Assembly (NCBI RefSeq): GCF_009914755.1
Contig: NC_060929.1
Origin: the human T2T-CHM13v2.0 reference genome, Homo sapiens
DNA: 64,000 nucleotides
Strand: one strand, 5' to 3'
A program made the position numbers and the translations under genes. Position 1 is the first letter of the stretch; each line of letters opens with the position of its first letter. Shown piece after piece: positions 1-12,262 of this stretch. Under the pieces are notes generated by a model that did no database searches, was not told the DNA's origin, and saw only the letters and a program-made list of their open reading frames with translations.

Positions 1-137
1 GACAACATCTAATACCAAGTCATCATTTTAAACAATGAAGATGCTGAGACTCCACATTTCCTGCCTTCCGGTTCATGGCTCGTTTCACTGCACTACTGCA
101 CCATACACCCTTTCTGATTTTATCTGTTCAGTGGCTC

Positions 138-728
138 CACAATACAACTCTAATCCCAGGGACTGCCCTGCAAATGAAATCCATGTCACTCTCTACAGGA
201 AAAAGGGGGTGTGAATGGATCTGAGTACACCTAAGCCATTGTGGGGGAAATACTTTCAGCACCCCACCCCCTCTTCAGTTGAAGGTAGCAAGCCATTCCC
301 ACAGTGGGTGGCCCGCAGGGTTATCTGCCACATCAAAAAGAGAGGCTTTATGGTACTCTACCAAGCATCCTTACAGGTCTCCACAAGGCTATGTGACTGT
401 CGGCAAGTCTGCTGAATCACTTTCAAACCGGATGTCCTTATTTGCAAAACAAATTAATAATATCTGCCCAACTGCACCACAGACTGGCTTGAAAGATCAA
501 ATAAAATGAATCTGGAGGCTTTAAAAGTATAAAGTACACTTTATACTTTTAAAGTATATGGTAGCAAGAACGGCTTGCTACCTTCAGCTGAAGAGGGGGT
601 GGGGTGCTGAAAGTATTTCCCCCACAATGGCTTAGGTGTACTCAGGTCCATTCACACTCCCTTTTTCCTGTAGAGAGTGACATGGATTTCATTTGCAGGG
701 CAGTCCCTGGGATTAGAGTTGTATTGTG
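138..728. repeat. Long inverted repeat: arms 138-298 and 568-728 (161 bp each), 269-bp spacer
   Basis: The reverse complement of 568-728 matches 138-298 with 4 substitutions and no indels by manual comparison. Confidence 0.95.
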
Positions 729-1009
729 TATAAAGCACCATATGGATAGTTAAGGTCTCATTCTTACCATAAAATGCTAGCCTAACCTGTACACAATCAG
801 TGTCTCGGTTTTGCACTAACCAGGTTCTGCAGAACTGAAAGATGACAATAGGATACATTTTGGTAATTTGCTAAATTCATTTCTTTTTTAAGGGAAAAAA
901 TAAGGGTTGATGTACCTCTCGCATTGTCTTAAGTTTTAAAAAAGCAGGATGCAGGGTATCAGTGGCTTGCATGCATCCTGTATTTATTAAGTAGCAGCCA
1001 TTGTTCCAA

Positions 1010-1175
1010 GTTATTAACATTATCAGATTCAATCAGAAGAATCCATACTGCAGATGAGAAAACTGAGGAATGGGGGGTAACTAGCCCAATGCCTTAAACA
1101 TGGTAAGCAGAAGACGCAGAATTTGAACCCAGGCCAGCTGGCTGTGGAACCCATGTTTGCAACTGTGCTATCCTG
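1010..1175 (-). mobile_element. MIR SINE fragment
   Basis: MIR core in reverse orientation: cagatgagaaaactgagg ... gaatttgaacccagg. Confidence 0.7.
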
Positions 1176-1554
1176 CCTCTAGTGTGCAGAGTATTCTATT
1201 CTATCTTTGGTATAGGTTTAAAAAAAAAAAAGGATTATACTTCTGGGTCTGTGTATCAATATATGTTAATATGCATATTTTCATATAGATTTAGAAAAAA
1301 ATCATCAAGAGTGATTACCTTCGGAGACAGCAGTTAGGAGGATGGAGTGTGGACAGGGTGAGGAGGGGCCTGCACTCTTCATTGTGTAAACTTCAGTACT
1401 GTTTCCATTTCCTGACCTTACGAATCTTGTTGAGGTCAACAGGCCATCTTCCGTAACAGAAGTCATCTTTAAATATGTGAAGGAGCTACCTTTCTCTTCT
1501 TAAAAATCCTTACCCAAAATGGTAAGGAAGCCACAGATTCTGTGTCAAGCAAGC

Positions 1555-1730
1555 CTGAGTTCCAATCTCAGTTCCCACTTCTTAATACTCACACAAATTT
1601 GGAAAAGTTTCTTAACTCTCTGTGCCCAGCTTCCTCTTCTAATGGAGGGCATGGAGGGACAACTCCATCTTCCTCACAGGTTTGTTGTGAAGGTCAATTT
1701 GTGCCAAAAACCCGGTCCAGAACTGGTGCC
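1555..1730 (+). mobile_element. MIR SINE fragment
   Basis: ttaactctctgtgcccagcttcctc ... tcacaggtttgttgtgaagg resembles the MIR core. Confidence 0.6.
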
Positions 1731-3825
1731 CTGCTATCATTCCAACACATTACCTTCCAACCCGTCCTCTCCTACAACTACCCAGTTCTGCTGGTTTTAC
1801 ATATAAACAAACCAGTGGAGAAGTGTTGACCATGCTATACCAGACAAAAGGCCCCAAACTGGAGGTCAAAATTCACTTCCTGCTTTCCTTGTTTATAACA
1901 CACAGTGGGCACACAGCCTCAGGGATCCCCCAACTGAGTGTTCCCTGGGGTATCAGAGGGCTGGCATGCCCTGCTCCTCACTGATACTTTGTATATAGCA
2001 TTGTCTGCCATCTGAACCACAGAAATACTTGGTGCCTGGGGCCAGAGCAGCTGAGGGTACCTGGTGAAGGCTGCCCAAGCGGGGCCTTCTGGGTACTATT
2101 GCTGCACCCCAATGAATGTCAGCAAAGTTCTCAGTCCCCACCCTGACACTGTATAAGCAGGATGCAGGATCTTCGCAAGTCCAGCTGATGGAGTTGGGAG
2201 GCAAGGGCCCTCGGCCCCCAGAAGCAAGTGGCCACCAGTCCCTTAACCAACATGAGTGACAGCAGCTGGAGGCTACCAACTCCATAAGGGATATGCTGTC
2301 CATGGCCCCCACAAGGTGCCTGCTTCTGAGGGCGTATGAGAACTGCCTGGGTTTTTTCAATGCTAATCCCTGACCTTTCACCCTGCGCTGTCCAAGTGAC
2401 TCCCAAGAACAGCCAGGGGTTAGAATCATAGGAGCATTTCTTGTTAAGAAACAAGACTACTCCAAAAAGCTCCCTCTCAGACCAAATGAACTGGGAACAG
2501 GAACAGAAACCGAAGGAATCTAAGGGATCTGGTGTGTGAACCAAGAAGGAAAGCAAAGGTTATCTGGACTTCCTCCTCTATCCTCAAGGAGGGAGTTCCA
2601 ACACTGCTGCAGAGTCCTGCCTCTATTGTTCCAATTCCAGAATCTTAAGGATAGTGAGAAGAATAAAACACAGTCTTTTTGTTTTTAGTTCTCTATTCCT
2701 AACTATCATCCCATCTTTCTTTTGTCCACTTTTTCTCCTGTTTAAATTATTCTTGATGAAACATACACCCTTAGGTGGGTAGTACTATTTGCATTATTTG
2801 AAGTAATTATTTGGCTTGGGGACCACCCAGGACCTTGACTCCTCTTTTGTCTTTGTCACTGCCCATGTCACCATTAGTGGTATTTCAGAGTGTGAAAGGG
2901 TCTGCCATGAAATACATGCGTATTGATTTTTATTTTTTAAAGACCATAATAAAACTCTGGCTGAAGAGAGATGCATGGCACCAATGCTCCTGAATGACAC
3001 CCCAGACTCTCTCTGGAGTCAGTCTTCTACTCCCCAACCTGGACAATGATTTTTCATCCCTGATTTTCTTTCTTTTCCCTCTTCCTTTGTGCATTCTTTT
3101 TTTCCTAAGCCTTATATTTGACTGACACCAGGTTATATTTTAGTCCCCCCTGCTAATTCTCGGAATAACAGAAGTTACCAACAATACAGTTACAATTAGC
3201 AACTGAAAATATGCACAGATATGGTGGAAGTTTGGCTTTTTAAAAAGTCTGCCATATCTTCTAAAAAGCACATTATTCTTTTTGTAGAATTGCTTATACT
3301 TTTTGTGGCTATTTATAAATAGTAAAAGGTTTTCTTCCGTTACTGTTTTGAAAGCAACACAACATACCATCAAGACATTAGTGCCCAAGGTTTGCAGAAA
3401 GGTTCTCAGACACTCAGATCACACACAGCATGTGGTATGGAAAGAAGAGAGAAATGGTGGGTATTGATTTATAAGCATAAATTGCATTTAAGATATTATA
3501 GAGTTCCCAATGCCTCTAAAAAATGTGAAGATACTGCAATCATTAGTAGCTACTCTGCTGCTCAATAGCTCCCTTACTGCAGGACTATTATCTTTCTCTA
3601 TCGGTTTAAAATGGAGGCACCCAAAGGGCTTAGAGCAGATCACAGTTGAGTCTCTGGCTGAGAAGCTGCACCCTGAGCAGGTTTCATTTCTTGGGGCAAG
3701 CTCCTAATTCCTTTCTGCTGGCCCTCCCCTCTAGGAAATATATTGGGGGGTGGGAGAGGGAGATGTCAAAAAGGGGGGAAGGGAAAACGGCAGGAATGTG
3801 CATGTCAACTGCATGCTGACCTTAC

Positions 3826-3896
3826 CAGCCAATTAAGGAAATGCTCGGCTGGTCTCCGCAGGAAGCTGCAGCCAGTCTCCGATGGAAGGATAATGA
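3826..3896 (-). other. Candidate 71-nt spliced exon (gene unknown)
   Basis: Minus strand: branch-like tacttaat, then ccttctcctggggcttggtgtcacag acceptor, exon, and CTG|gtaagg donor. Non-repeat, CpG-retaining context. Supported by motifs only. Confidence 0.3.
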
Positions 3897-4386
3897 CTGT
3901 GACACCAAGCCCCAGGAGAAGGAGTGTGTGTGAATATTAAGTAAACACACATATTGACAGACAAAGCAGAGACAATCCAGGATGCTGTGTTTGCAGCCCC
4001 TATTCTCAGAAATGGATAGGTTGGTCATGAGGAGAGAATGCTGTCTTCTCAATTGCCTGACTCTCTGGTCCTGTTTTCTCCCCCACTCTCTCCCCTCCAC
4101 TCACACACCGTATGAGTTGCAGTCTCTCTCTCTCTGTTACATACTGACAGCAGATCTAATGCCACTTTTCCAAGACACATGTCACCAGTTCTCTTTTTGC
4201 ATAAATGCTTTTCTGGCAACCCGGCTGTCTGCCAGGGCCTCTGATTAGCCAGGAGGGATATCACATTGAATTATTCTATGTTCACACTTGATACTGTTAC
4301 CATCAGTTTCCCCCATAAATGTAAAGAAGCAGCTAGCTCAGCACCAACCTTAGATCATCTAAAGGACTGCAGTATACTATCAACAG

Positions 4387-5326
4387 CGTAAACCAAAAAT
4401 AAAATTCTAAGTTTCCCAAACTGATGGAATGGACCCTCCTCTCATCCAAGGGGACCCAGTGAAACCTGAAAAACTAGTTCAGGCCATGATGGGAACGGGT
4501 TGGGGGGTGAGGGCAGTCAGACAGTCAGATGTGCCTTATTATACGCTCCTCCCTTTGGAGTTCAGGCACACAGCCAACCATTATTAATATTAAAATAAAG
4601 ATCCTAAAACTGACAAAACAAACCCTTTTTGTAGCAACAAGATACCAATTCCAACCTGACTTTGGTATATAACATCACATACATCACATAACAAATAGCA
4701 GACCCTAAAAGGAAATCAAAGTATTTTACCCCAAAATATATTTCTTTGACATATTTTGAAATGGCCCTGCAAAGCTGTCTCTTGTGGTGGAAATTTACAT
4801 TCTGTGTAGAATCTCTTTCCCAAGTGCTTTTCTGATCCTGAAGAGATTAGCTGAGAGTCTAGCACCTTTTATATATCTCAATAGGAAATATTTGCCATCT
4901 ATTGCCTCTAAAGATGGCCACATATGAGACTTCATCTACATAATACAAACCTTAGTCTCCACAACCCCTTATCTTAACCCAGACACTCCTTTCTATTGAT
5001 TCCAGGTCTTTATATAATAATTTATCTCTGTCTACCAACTGCCAGTCAGAAAAATCTTTAAATTCCCCTATGACATGTAACCCCATCATTCCCTTTGTGC
5101 TGTCCCACCTTTCTGGGCCAAACCAATGTATACCTTACATGTATTAATTTATGTCTTTGCCTGACTTCTGTCTCCCCAAAATGTATAAAACCAAGCTGTA
5201 ACCCAACCACCTTGGGCGCATGTTCTCAGGACCTCCTGAGGCTGTGTCATGAGTCATGATCCTTAATTTTTGCAAAATAAACCCCTAAACTGATTGAGAC
5301 CTATCTGAGACATGTTTTGGATTACA
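4387..5326 (+). mobile_element. ERV1 solo LTR, MER4 family
   Basis: Starts (t>c)gtaaaccaaaaataaaattctaag and ends ...ttttggattaca. TATA-like tataaaa and aataaa near the 3' end. 4-bp TSD ACAG at 4383-4386 and 5327-5330. Confidence 0.88.
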
Positions 5327-6049
5327 ACAGTGAGTATAAGAAAATAAAAACTGATATAAGGGGTCTGGGTATTTCACAGATGTCCTACCAAGCAAAGATC
5401 AAACTTTAGGAGAGAACACAACTTTAGGAAATGTTTCACAAAACACTGGCCTATACTAGGGTACAGCCTCACCCCAAAAGTCATGTTCATTTTCGTGAAG
5501 TCAATATGGCCCAGGAATAACCACTCTGTCAAGTAGAGGAACAAAGCCTCCTGGCTTTGCACTGATTGGGCACAAAGGAGCCCTGGACACAGGATGTCTC
5601 GTCAGGTCCTGGCCAGGGCTTGGCACAGAGTACAGGAGGGCAGGGGAGAGATTTCCATTGCCAAGAGGCACAAAAACAAAAGCAACTGTGCTAGAGTCTG
5701 TATCTATTAACACCCAAGCACCAACTCACAGAGGGGATCAGTGTTAAGGACCCTCCTTCTTGAACAGTCAGACACCTTTTAAGCCTTATAAGAGGAAGAT
5801 TAATCGATTTAACAGAAAAAAAGTGAACCTAATGTAGATGTATAAGCAGAAAATGTTTACCACTTTCTTTGAAATCTTACCAGATCTATATAGTTTAAGA
5901 GATACAGAATATGAGAAAAAGCAGTCCAGTAGGTTGAATGCTTCTAGACATTCATGTCTATTAAATCAGGCCCTCAAACTGGCATTTTCCAGATGGCCAT
6001 TTTACCAAATTACGCCAGTCAGACATTTTTACGACTAGAACAGGATTTC

Positions 6050-6480
6050 TGGGCATGAACCTGACCATGGCTCTCCACCTCCACAGTCATTGCCTGATAG
6101 GAGGCATCTCCACTACTGCAAGTGCCTCCTAACTGGTGTCCCCATATCTACTTCTGCTCCTGTCTCCACAGAGCAGCCAGAGAGAGAGAATTTTAAGATG
6201 CAAACTTAACATCTTCTGGTTTAAAATTCTTCAATGGCATTCCAATATAATAAAAACAAAAACCAAATTATCTACACCTTGATCTCCAAGCCCTCTCTCC
6301 ATGATCTAGTCATGACCCATCACAGCTGGTGTTTCTCTCCCCTCACTCTGAGGGTCCAGCCACTCTGGACTTCTTTCCACTGATGCTTCACACCTGCTAT
6401 CTCCTTCGTCTAGAAACAGTACCGTCCCCCAGTCTTTTTTAATCCATCAGGCACCACCCTCACACGCCCTCAAAGTTGTG
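6050..6480 (+). mobile_element. L2 LINE fragment
   Basis: cctcctaactggtgtccc ... ctccacagagcagccagag, typical of the L2 3' region. Confidence 0.6.
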
Positions 6481-7879
6481 TTTCATGATTCCCTACACCA
6501 GGCAAGGAAAGGCCTCCTGGAGGAAATGAGAACTAACAAATGAGGAGGGTTTGGATAAGTGGGATGGGAAGGGTCTTCCAAGAAAGAGGGAAACACAAGT
6601 GAAGGCACAAAGGAGTATGAGAAAGCAGTCACACATTACTAGTTCAAGGAGCAGTGGCAAATCCAGAAACAAACACATTTTAAGTTAATTTTAAGACCAA
6701 AGATGGATGGGGAGGGGGCAGTGGAAATTGAACCTGCATCGACTTGTTTGAGAAAGTGCAGGTCAAAAAGCTTCAAAGTGGGCTGTTCAGAGTTAGGTGG
6801 AGTAAGGCGCTTTCCTCTGCATGTCACTGGTTGGGGGCGGGAGTTCAATTCCAGAGTATGAAATAGGAGGCCTGTGGCATTATTCTTTCCTGTGTTCCAG
6901 AAGGCAGATTTCCTCATCCCGCCAACCCCTTTAAAAGGCTTCAAAGTGGGGTGATTCTTTACCCTGTACACATTATACTGTGGTGGTCATTAGAGCTGTT
7001 CGCCAAATACTTCCAGTGGTACAAGAGCACTTTCCTGGTCCCCTTGTGATTGGGTGGGGCCCTGTAATTAGGGCTTACCACTGAGTGGATCCAAAATGCA
7101 AAACCAAAAAGTTAGTCAGGGTGTGAGAGGCAAAAGTACAGAAAGGAGATGATGACAACATCCAAAGGCTTGGTGGCTGTGCCACTGAGATACAAGGTCA
7201 GAAAGCTAGAAAGAGAAGATTTTTAGCTGCAGAAATAATGAGTAGGTGATAGCTTTCAGAATTGACAAATGTCCTAGAGGTATTTGGGGTCAATTACATG
7301 TCTTTCAACTTTCTCAAGGCCATGTCTAAAAACAATTTCTGATCTCTCAAGAGCAAAAGCATCTTTTCATTAGAGACTTCCCTTTTACAGTCTGTTCATA
7401 TACCTTGCTCATAAGACAACAAATACAACCTGTCTGTAGTTATTTCACAGTGCCATTGAGAACCCAAACAACAACAGCTACCTGTCTGTATAGAAACAAT
7501 ATGCATTGTGGACATTAATCATTACCCCTCAGTGTTTACCTTTTGAGCCTGTCACGTGAAGGTTTTGTAAGATGCAATATTTCATCATTAATACTGATAA
7601 TGCATGTGTACTGGGGCTCTTCAACCATATATAAATGAAATTTTATCAGCTTTTCCTCTGTAATTAATGAGATATCTAGCTACATATAAGTTTCTCTGAA
7701 ATTCCATAATTTGATCATTACAAAGCCCAAACCCATCTGTTATAGTCAGCTTTGCCACAATTCAGTCTGGTCTAACACAATCTACTATAAAATCCGGTAC
7801 CACATCCCCTATGTCAAACGTTTGCTGGGTATCTACCATATATCAACCACCGTGTTAAGCACTGTTTTATCAGTAATGC

Positions 7880-8100
7880 TACTAATAATTGCTAACATTT
7901 ATTGAACACTTAAGATGTTCAGGCTCTGTTTGAACTGTTTCCATGCAGTATCTCAGTCATCACAAGATCCCCACAGACTGGTGAAACTCCTGTCTCCTTT
8001 CATAGACAAAAGGACGGAGGCTCAGAGAAGCAAAGTGATTGACCTAAGGTCACACAGTAAGTGGGAGGACAGCATAACCCCCGAGTTCATATTCCCTGCT
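7880..8100 (-). mobile_element. MIR SINE
   Basis: ggaggctcagagaag ... gacctaaggtcacacag. Confidence 0.7.
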
Positions 8101-8449
8101 ACACCATATACAAGGATCCTAATTTCAATAAAGCATCTCCTGCCCTCAAGAGTGTTACAATACATAAGAAGTGATAAGGGCATCTAAACAAAAGCCCTAT
8201 CTGACCCATATTGTAAAAAAAGTACTGGGGAAAAGGTGCTAGGAAAATTGAGAGGAGAAAGTGAACTCTTCTAATACGAGTGGTCAGGGCAGGCTTCTCA
8301 CAGATGGAAGCCTTTGGGCCATTCCTTGGAAGTGAAAGTCAGGAGCGGGCATCCCTGGAGGACAGAACAGCAGAAACAAAGGTACCAATGACTGCAAGAA
8401 GGCACTGGGCACATGGAAAGACAAAAGAGGACCCCATTTGTCTGAGGGT

Positions 8450-9480
8450 GAGGTATCTCCTAAATCGCTCGCCTTGCCTCCATCCCCTTAGGTTCAGGTC
8501 AGGCCTTCAACCTTCTTCCCATCCACATCCCTGCCTCTTACCCTCCAAAATGCCATGTGTCACCTTTTCTAAAACACAAGCAGTGTTCCTTGCCTTAAAA
8601 AATATGCGCATGAATACAGTGAAATTCCTCTGGCATGACATTTGAAGCTGACTTTACTAATCTCAGTCTTCTCACACCCCTGAGTATCCCATCTCATCTG
8701 CTCTCTAGCCAAACTAAACTGCTACCTTCCCATAGCGGATCAGCTTCTCAGACCCCTTCAAACCTTCAAAGAAGCTACTTTCTTTGTGGGGAGCCCTTTC
8801 TCCCTGTCTGCTGGTGACCCCCCTACCAACTCTTCTCTCGGCACTGTCTCAGACTGCCTGCCCACCTGCTCCGGCTCTCTCCAGCATGGCTGGCTCCCTG
8901 CTGTTAACCTGAACAAGCCCAATACATGGTCATACCAGGTCGCTGCACCTGTGCTCCCTCACCAGGAAGGCCCTTCAAACCATCAGGTATCCTATGATTT
9001 GTTTCCCCCACTGTCTGGAGATGGGGGAGGCTTCCTCTACCAGCGTATATAAAAAAGAACACCCCCCACCACCACACACAAAAAGATACCTAGCTTTCCA
9101 TTCTCTTCGTAGCAGTTATAACTTGACAAACACATACACACATTGTGTATTTGTTAACGGCCTCCCTCACCCTCTAGAACAGGGTTGGAAAACTACAACA
9201 CATGGGCCAAATCTGAGTCACTGCCTAAGCATTTATTAGAACACACGTCCACTATTGTTTTACACATTGTCTGTGGCAGAGTCCAAGAGGTGCAACAGAG
9301 ACCTAATGGCCCACAAAGCTCAAAATATTTATTGCCTAATCATTTACAGCAAAGGTTTGCCAACTACTGCTCAAGAATGGCTATCTCCCTCTGTCTCCTG
9401 CTGTGCTCACACTTTATCTCCAGACCATTTTGGCGCCTTACCTAGCATGCAGTAGGCACTCAGAAAACATTTGTAAATAA
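8450..9480 (+). mobile_element. L2 3' fragment interrupted by MER58A
   Basis: Pyrimidine-rich L2-like sequence ending in tagcatgcagtaggcactcagaaaacatttg, the L2 3' terminus. Confidence 0.55.
9180..9369. mobile_element. MER58A-like hAT-Charlie MITE
   Basis: Termini cagggttggaaaac and gtttgccaactactg. 8-bp TSD ctctagaa / ctcaagaa. Confidence 0.8.
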
Positions 9481-9910
9481 AAGAAAGTGACAGGGTGGGG
9501 GGAGAATGAAGGGAGAAGAGCATATGAATGCAAGAGATGCTGGAGGGAAAAATCAACAGGCCTGGCGACTGGGTTTAGGTGCCAGCGAAGAGAGCAGGAA
9601 TTGCACAATAGGAGCTTTTCAAATGTGGCTGTGTTCCTTGGCCAAAGGATGAGATTCTAATCATCAAACCATAAACACAAGCTGTGAATCAGGGCTGGCT
9701 ATCACACCACTGATGGGTTTAAAATAACAGTGTCAGGCTCCTTGACAAGGTCAGTCAAGGCCTGACAGCACTGCCCCCATAAATAAACTGGCTCCATTAT
9801 TATAGGACTGAAGTATACAGTGGAGAGTCAAAGTTTTGGTAACCACAAATAACACACATAAATCTAAGTAGCTAACAATACAGTAACAAATAAATACATT
9901 TAAACAAGGA

Positions 9911-10016
9911 GATATATAGCTATAGATATATATATATCTATATATATATATCTATATCTATATCTATATATAGATATCTATATATATATATCTATCTATA
10001 TATAGATATATATATA
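9911..10016. repeat. (TA)n/(TATATC)n low-complexity microsatellite at an Alu tail
   Basis: Seen directly. Confidence 0.9.
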
Positions 10017-10316
<300 letters not shown>

Positions 10317-10725
10317 TAAATTTCAAATGCATAAATATTTAAGCAAATAATAACTTCAGACCTCATGGAAGAGACCTTTTAATTATTAATAAATATCACT
10401 CTCTGGGCTCACAGATGAGAAAACCAGGGCCTAGACTAGTTAATCACTCACGTCATGTCACCCAGTTGGTTAATAAGAGAAAGTTGGAACAGAGAACCAG
10501 AACTCCCGATTAGGGCCCCATGTGGTTCCCTCATATCCAATGCTCACAGCAGCATGAGAAAAGTCACGGAGGAGAGCCCATCGACCCCGCCCTTTCAACA
10601 AAGTGTTAAGGTCAGAGTCAAGTCTGCAAAAGATTGAGGGAGTGACGGAAGGAAAGGAAGATCTACCCAATTAGGAACCCCAGTGAAGATTTCTGGCTCT
10701 TATCCAACTTGACCTCTCTGTAGCA

Positions 10726-10911
10726 CAGTGGTTCTTAAAACTTTAGGATGCATCAGAGTCAACCGATGGCCTTGTTGAAACAGACTGCTAGGCTCCACCC
10801 CCGGAGCTCCTAATTCAGCTGATCTGGAGTGGGGCCCCAAAATGCACGTTTAACAAGATCCCAGAGGATGCTGATGCTGCAGGTCCAGAGAACACATTTT
10901 GGGAACCACTG
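10726..10911. mobile_element. MER5A hAT-Charlie MITE
   Basis: TIRs cagtggttc / gaaccactg. Perfect 8-bp TSD CTGTAGCA at 10718-10725 and 10912-10919. Confidence 0.9.
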
Positions 10912-11399
10912 CTGTAGCATTTAACCATGACCCCTGCTTTGGCTTTTATCACACTTCTTATCTGCCTCTCTGGCCAACAGTTTGAGAAGGGTGGGAAGTC
11001 TTACTTAGATTACTTCCTTCAATAAGGAAATATTTTCTAGTTCTCATATAAAGACTAAATAGCAATAAAAACAGATCCCTGCTCTGTAGAACATCAATTT
11101 TTAAATGGATGTATAATAGCATATTAAGGTATTATTTTTACCTTTTATATTCGCTAGTTCTGATGTAACTACATGTACGTTTCTGCCAATTTTCTTTCGG
11201 TGATATGAATTTTGTTTATAAATGATCCATTTAAAAAGGACGTATATTGTTGCTCCTATGTCTACTCCCTGGATAGAGATTCAATTTCGACAGCAAGCCC
11301 AAAACATTCACTCAGCCCTATTGTAAACATAAATATATTTCATACATAAGTATCCATTTACATATACCCTTCGACCTTTCCACCTACTGTTCACAATGC

Positions 11400-11725
11400 A
11401 GGGATTTTTCTTTCCCTCTATCAAACAGCCACATGGCTTAGTCCCTTACTTCATTCAGATTTCTGCTCAAATGTTACCTTCTCTGGAAGGTCCTCTGCAA
11501 GCACCACTCCATAATAGCAATCCTCCCCACACGCCATCTCTCCTATCCCCATCACCTACTTTGTTTTTCTTTACGTTTATTGTATATTAATGTTTTCACT
11601 GTTTAATTGGTCTCCTTCCCATGAGAATGAAAGCTTCATGGGAACAGGGACTTTTCAGTTCATTGCTCTGTCCCCTGAGCCTGGTATGCAGGACACTCAA
11701 ATTTTAATTAAATTGTTGAATGAAT
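11400..11725 (+). mobile_element. L2 3' end
   Basis: ctgctcaaatgttaccttctc ... ttgttgaatgaatg terminus. Confidence 0.7.
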
Positions 11726-12103
11726 GCTTATCAACTTCCAAAAATCCCACATATAACTGTGTTTGATTATAATGCCTTAACCTTCCTAAAACTGATACAA
11801 ATGTTTCTTACTCCTCTCATAACCAGTTCTTCAATGAATAATTTTCCAAAAACATACTGTGTGTGTATGTATTGTATTCGGTACCGTTGGTCCAAAAATT
11901 ATTTTAATAGCAGGGATCATCAAATGTAGCTTTAAAGTATCTGATGCTTTAACTGTCAACTGAAATATCACAGCAATAGGATCCTCTGAAACCAATTTCA
12001 TAACCTCACAAATCAGCAAGGCAGATGAACCATTAAAAACATCTTTGTTGATGGTTCACATCCAACAATCCCAAAAGAAAGTAATTTTAAAAATTAAAAG
12101 CTT

Positions 12104-12262
12104 GGCCAGGTGCAGTTGCTCACGCCCATAATTCTGGCACTTTGGGAGGCTGAGGCAGGTGGATCACTTGAGTCTAGAAGTTCAAGACCAGCCTGTGCAA
12201 CATGGCAAAACCCTGTCACTATTTAAAACACACACACACACACACACACACATACACACACA
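12104..12262 (+). mobile_element. Alu left monomer (FLAM-like) with (CA)n tail
   Basis: ggccaggtgcagttgctcacgcc ... ccctgtcactatttaaaa followed by a CA repeat. Confidence 0.85.

Noticed and set aside
945-980. 9-bp stem caggatgca / tgcatcctg
   Set aside because: Expected by chance in 64 kb and too short for a pre-miRNA.
1422-1466. Possible 45-nt minus-strand exon (tttaaag acceptor, TTC|gtaagg donor)
   Set aside because: The polypyrimidine tract is weak and neither open frame (MTSVTEDGLLTSTRF or DFCYGRWPVDLNKI) is recognisable, so it is compatible with chance.
1953-2556. Overlapping 158-aa and 141-aa minus-strand ORFs
   Set aside because: No recognisable domain or convincing splice structure; composition is typical of non-coding frames.
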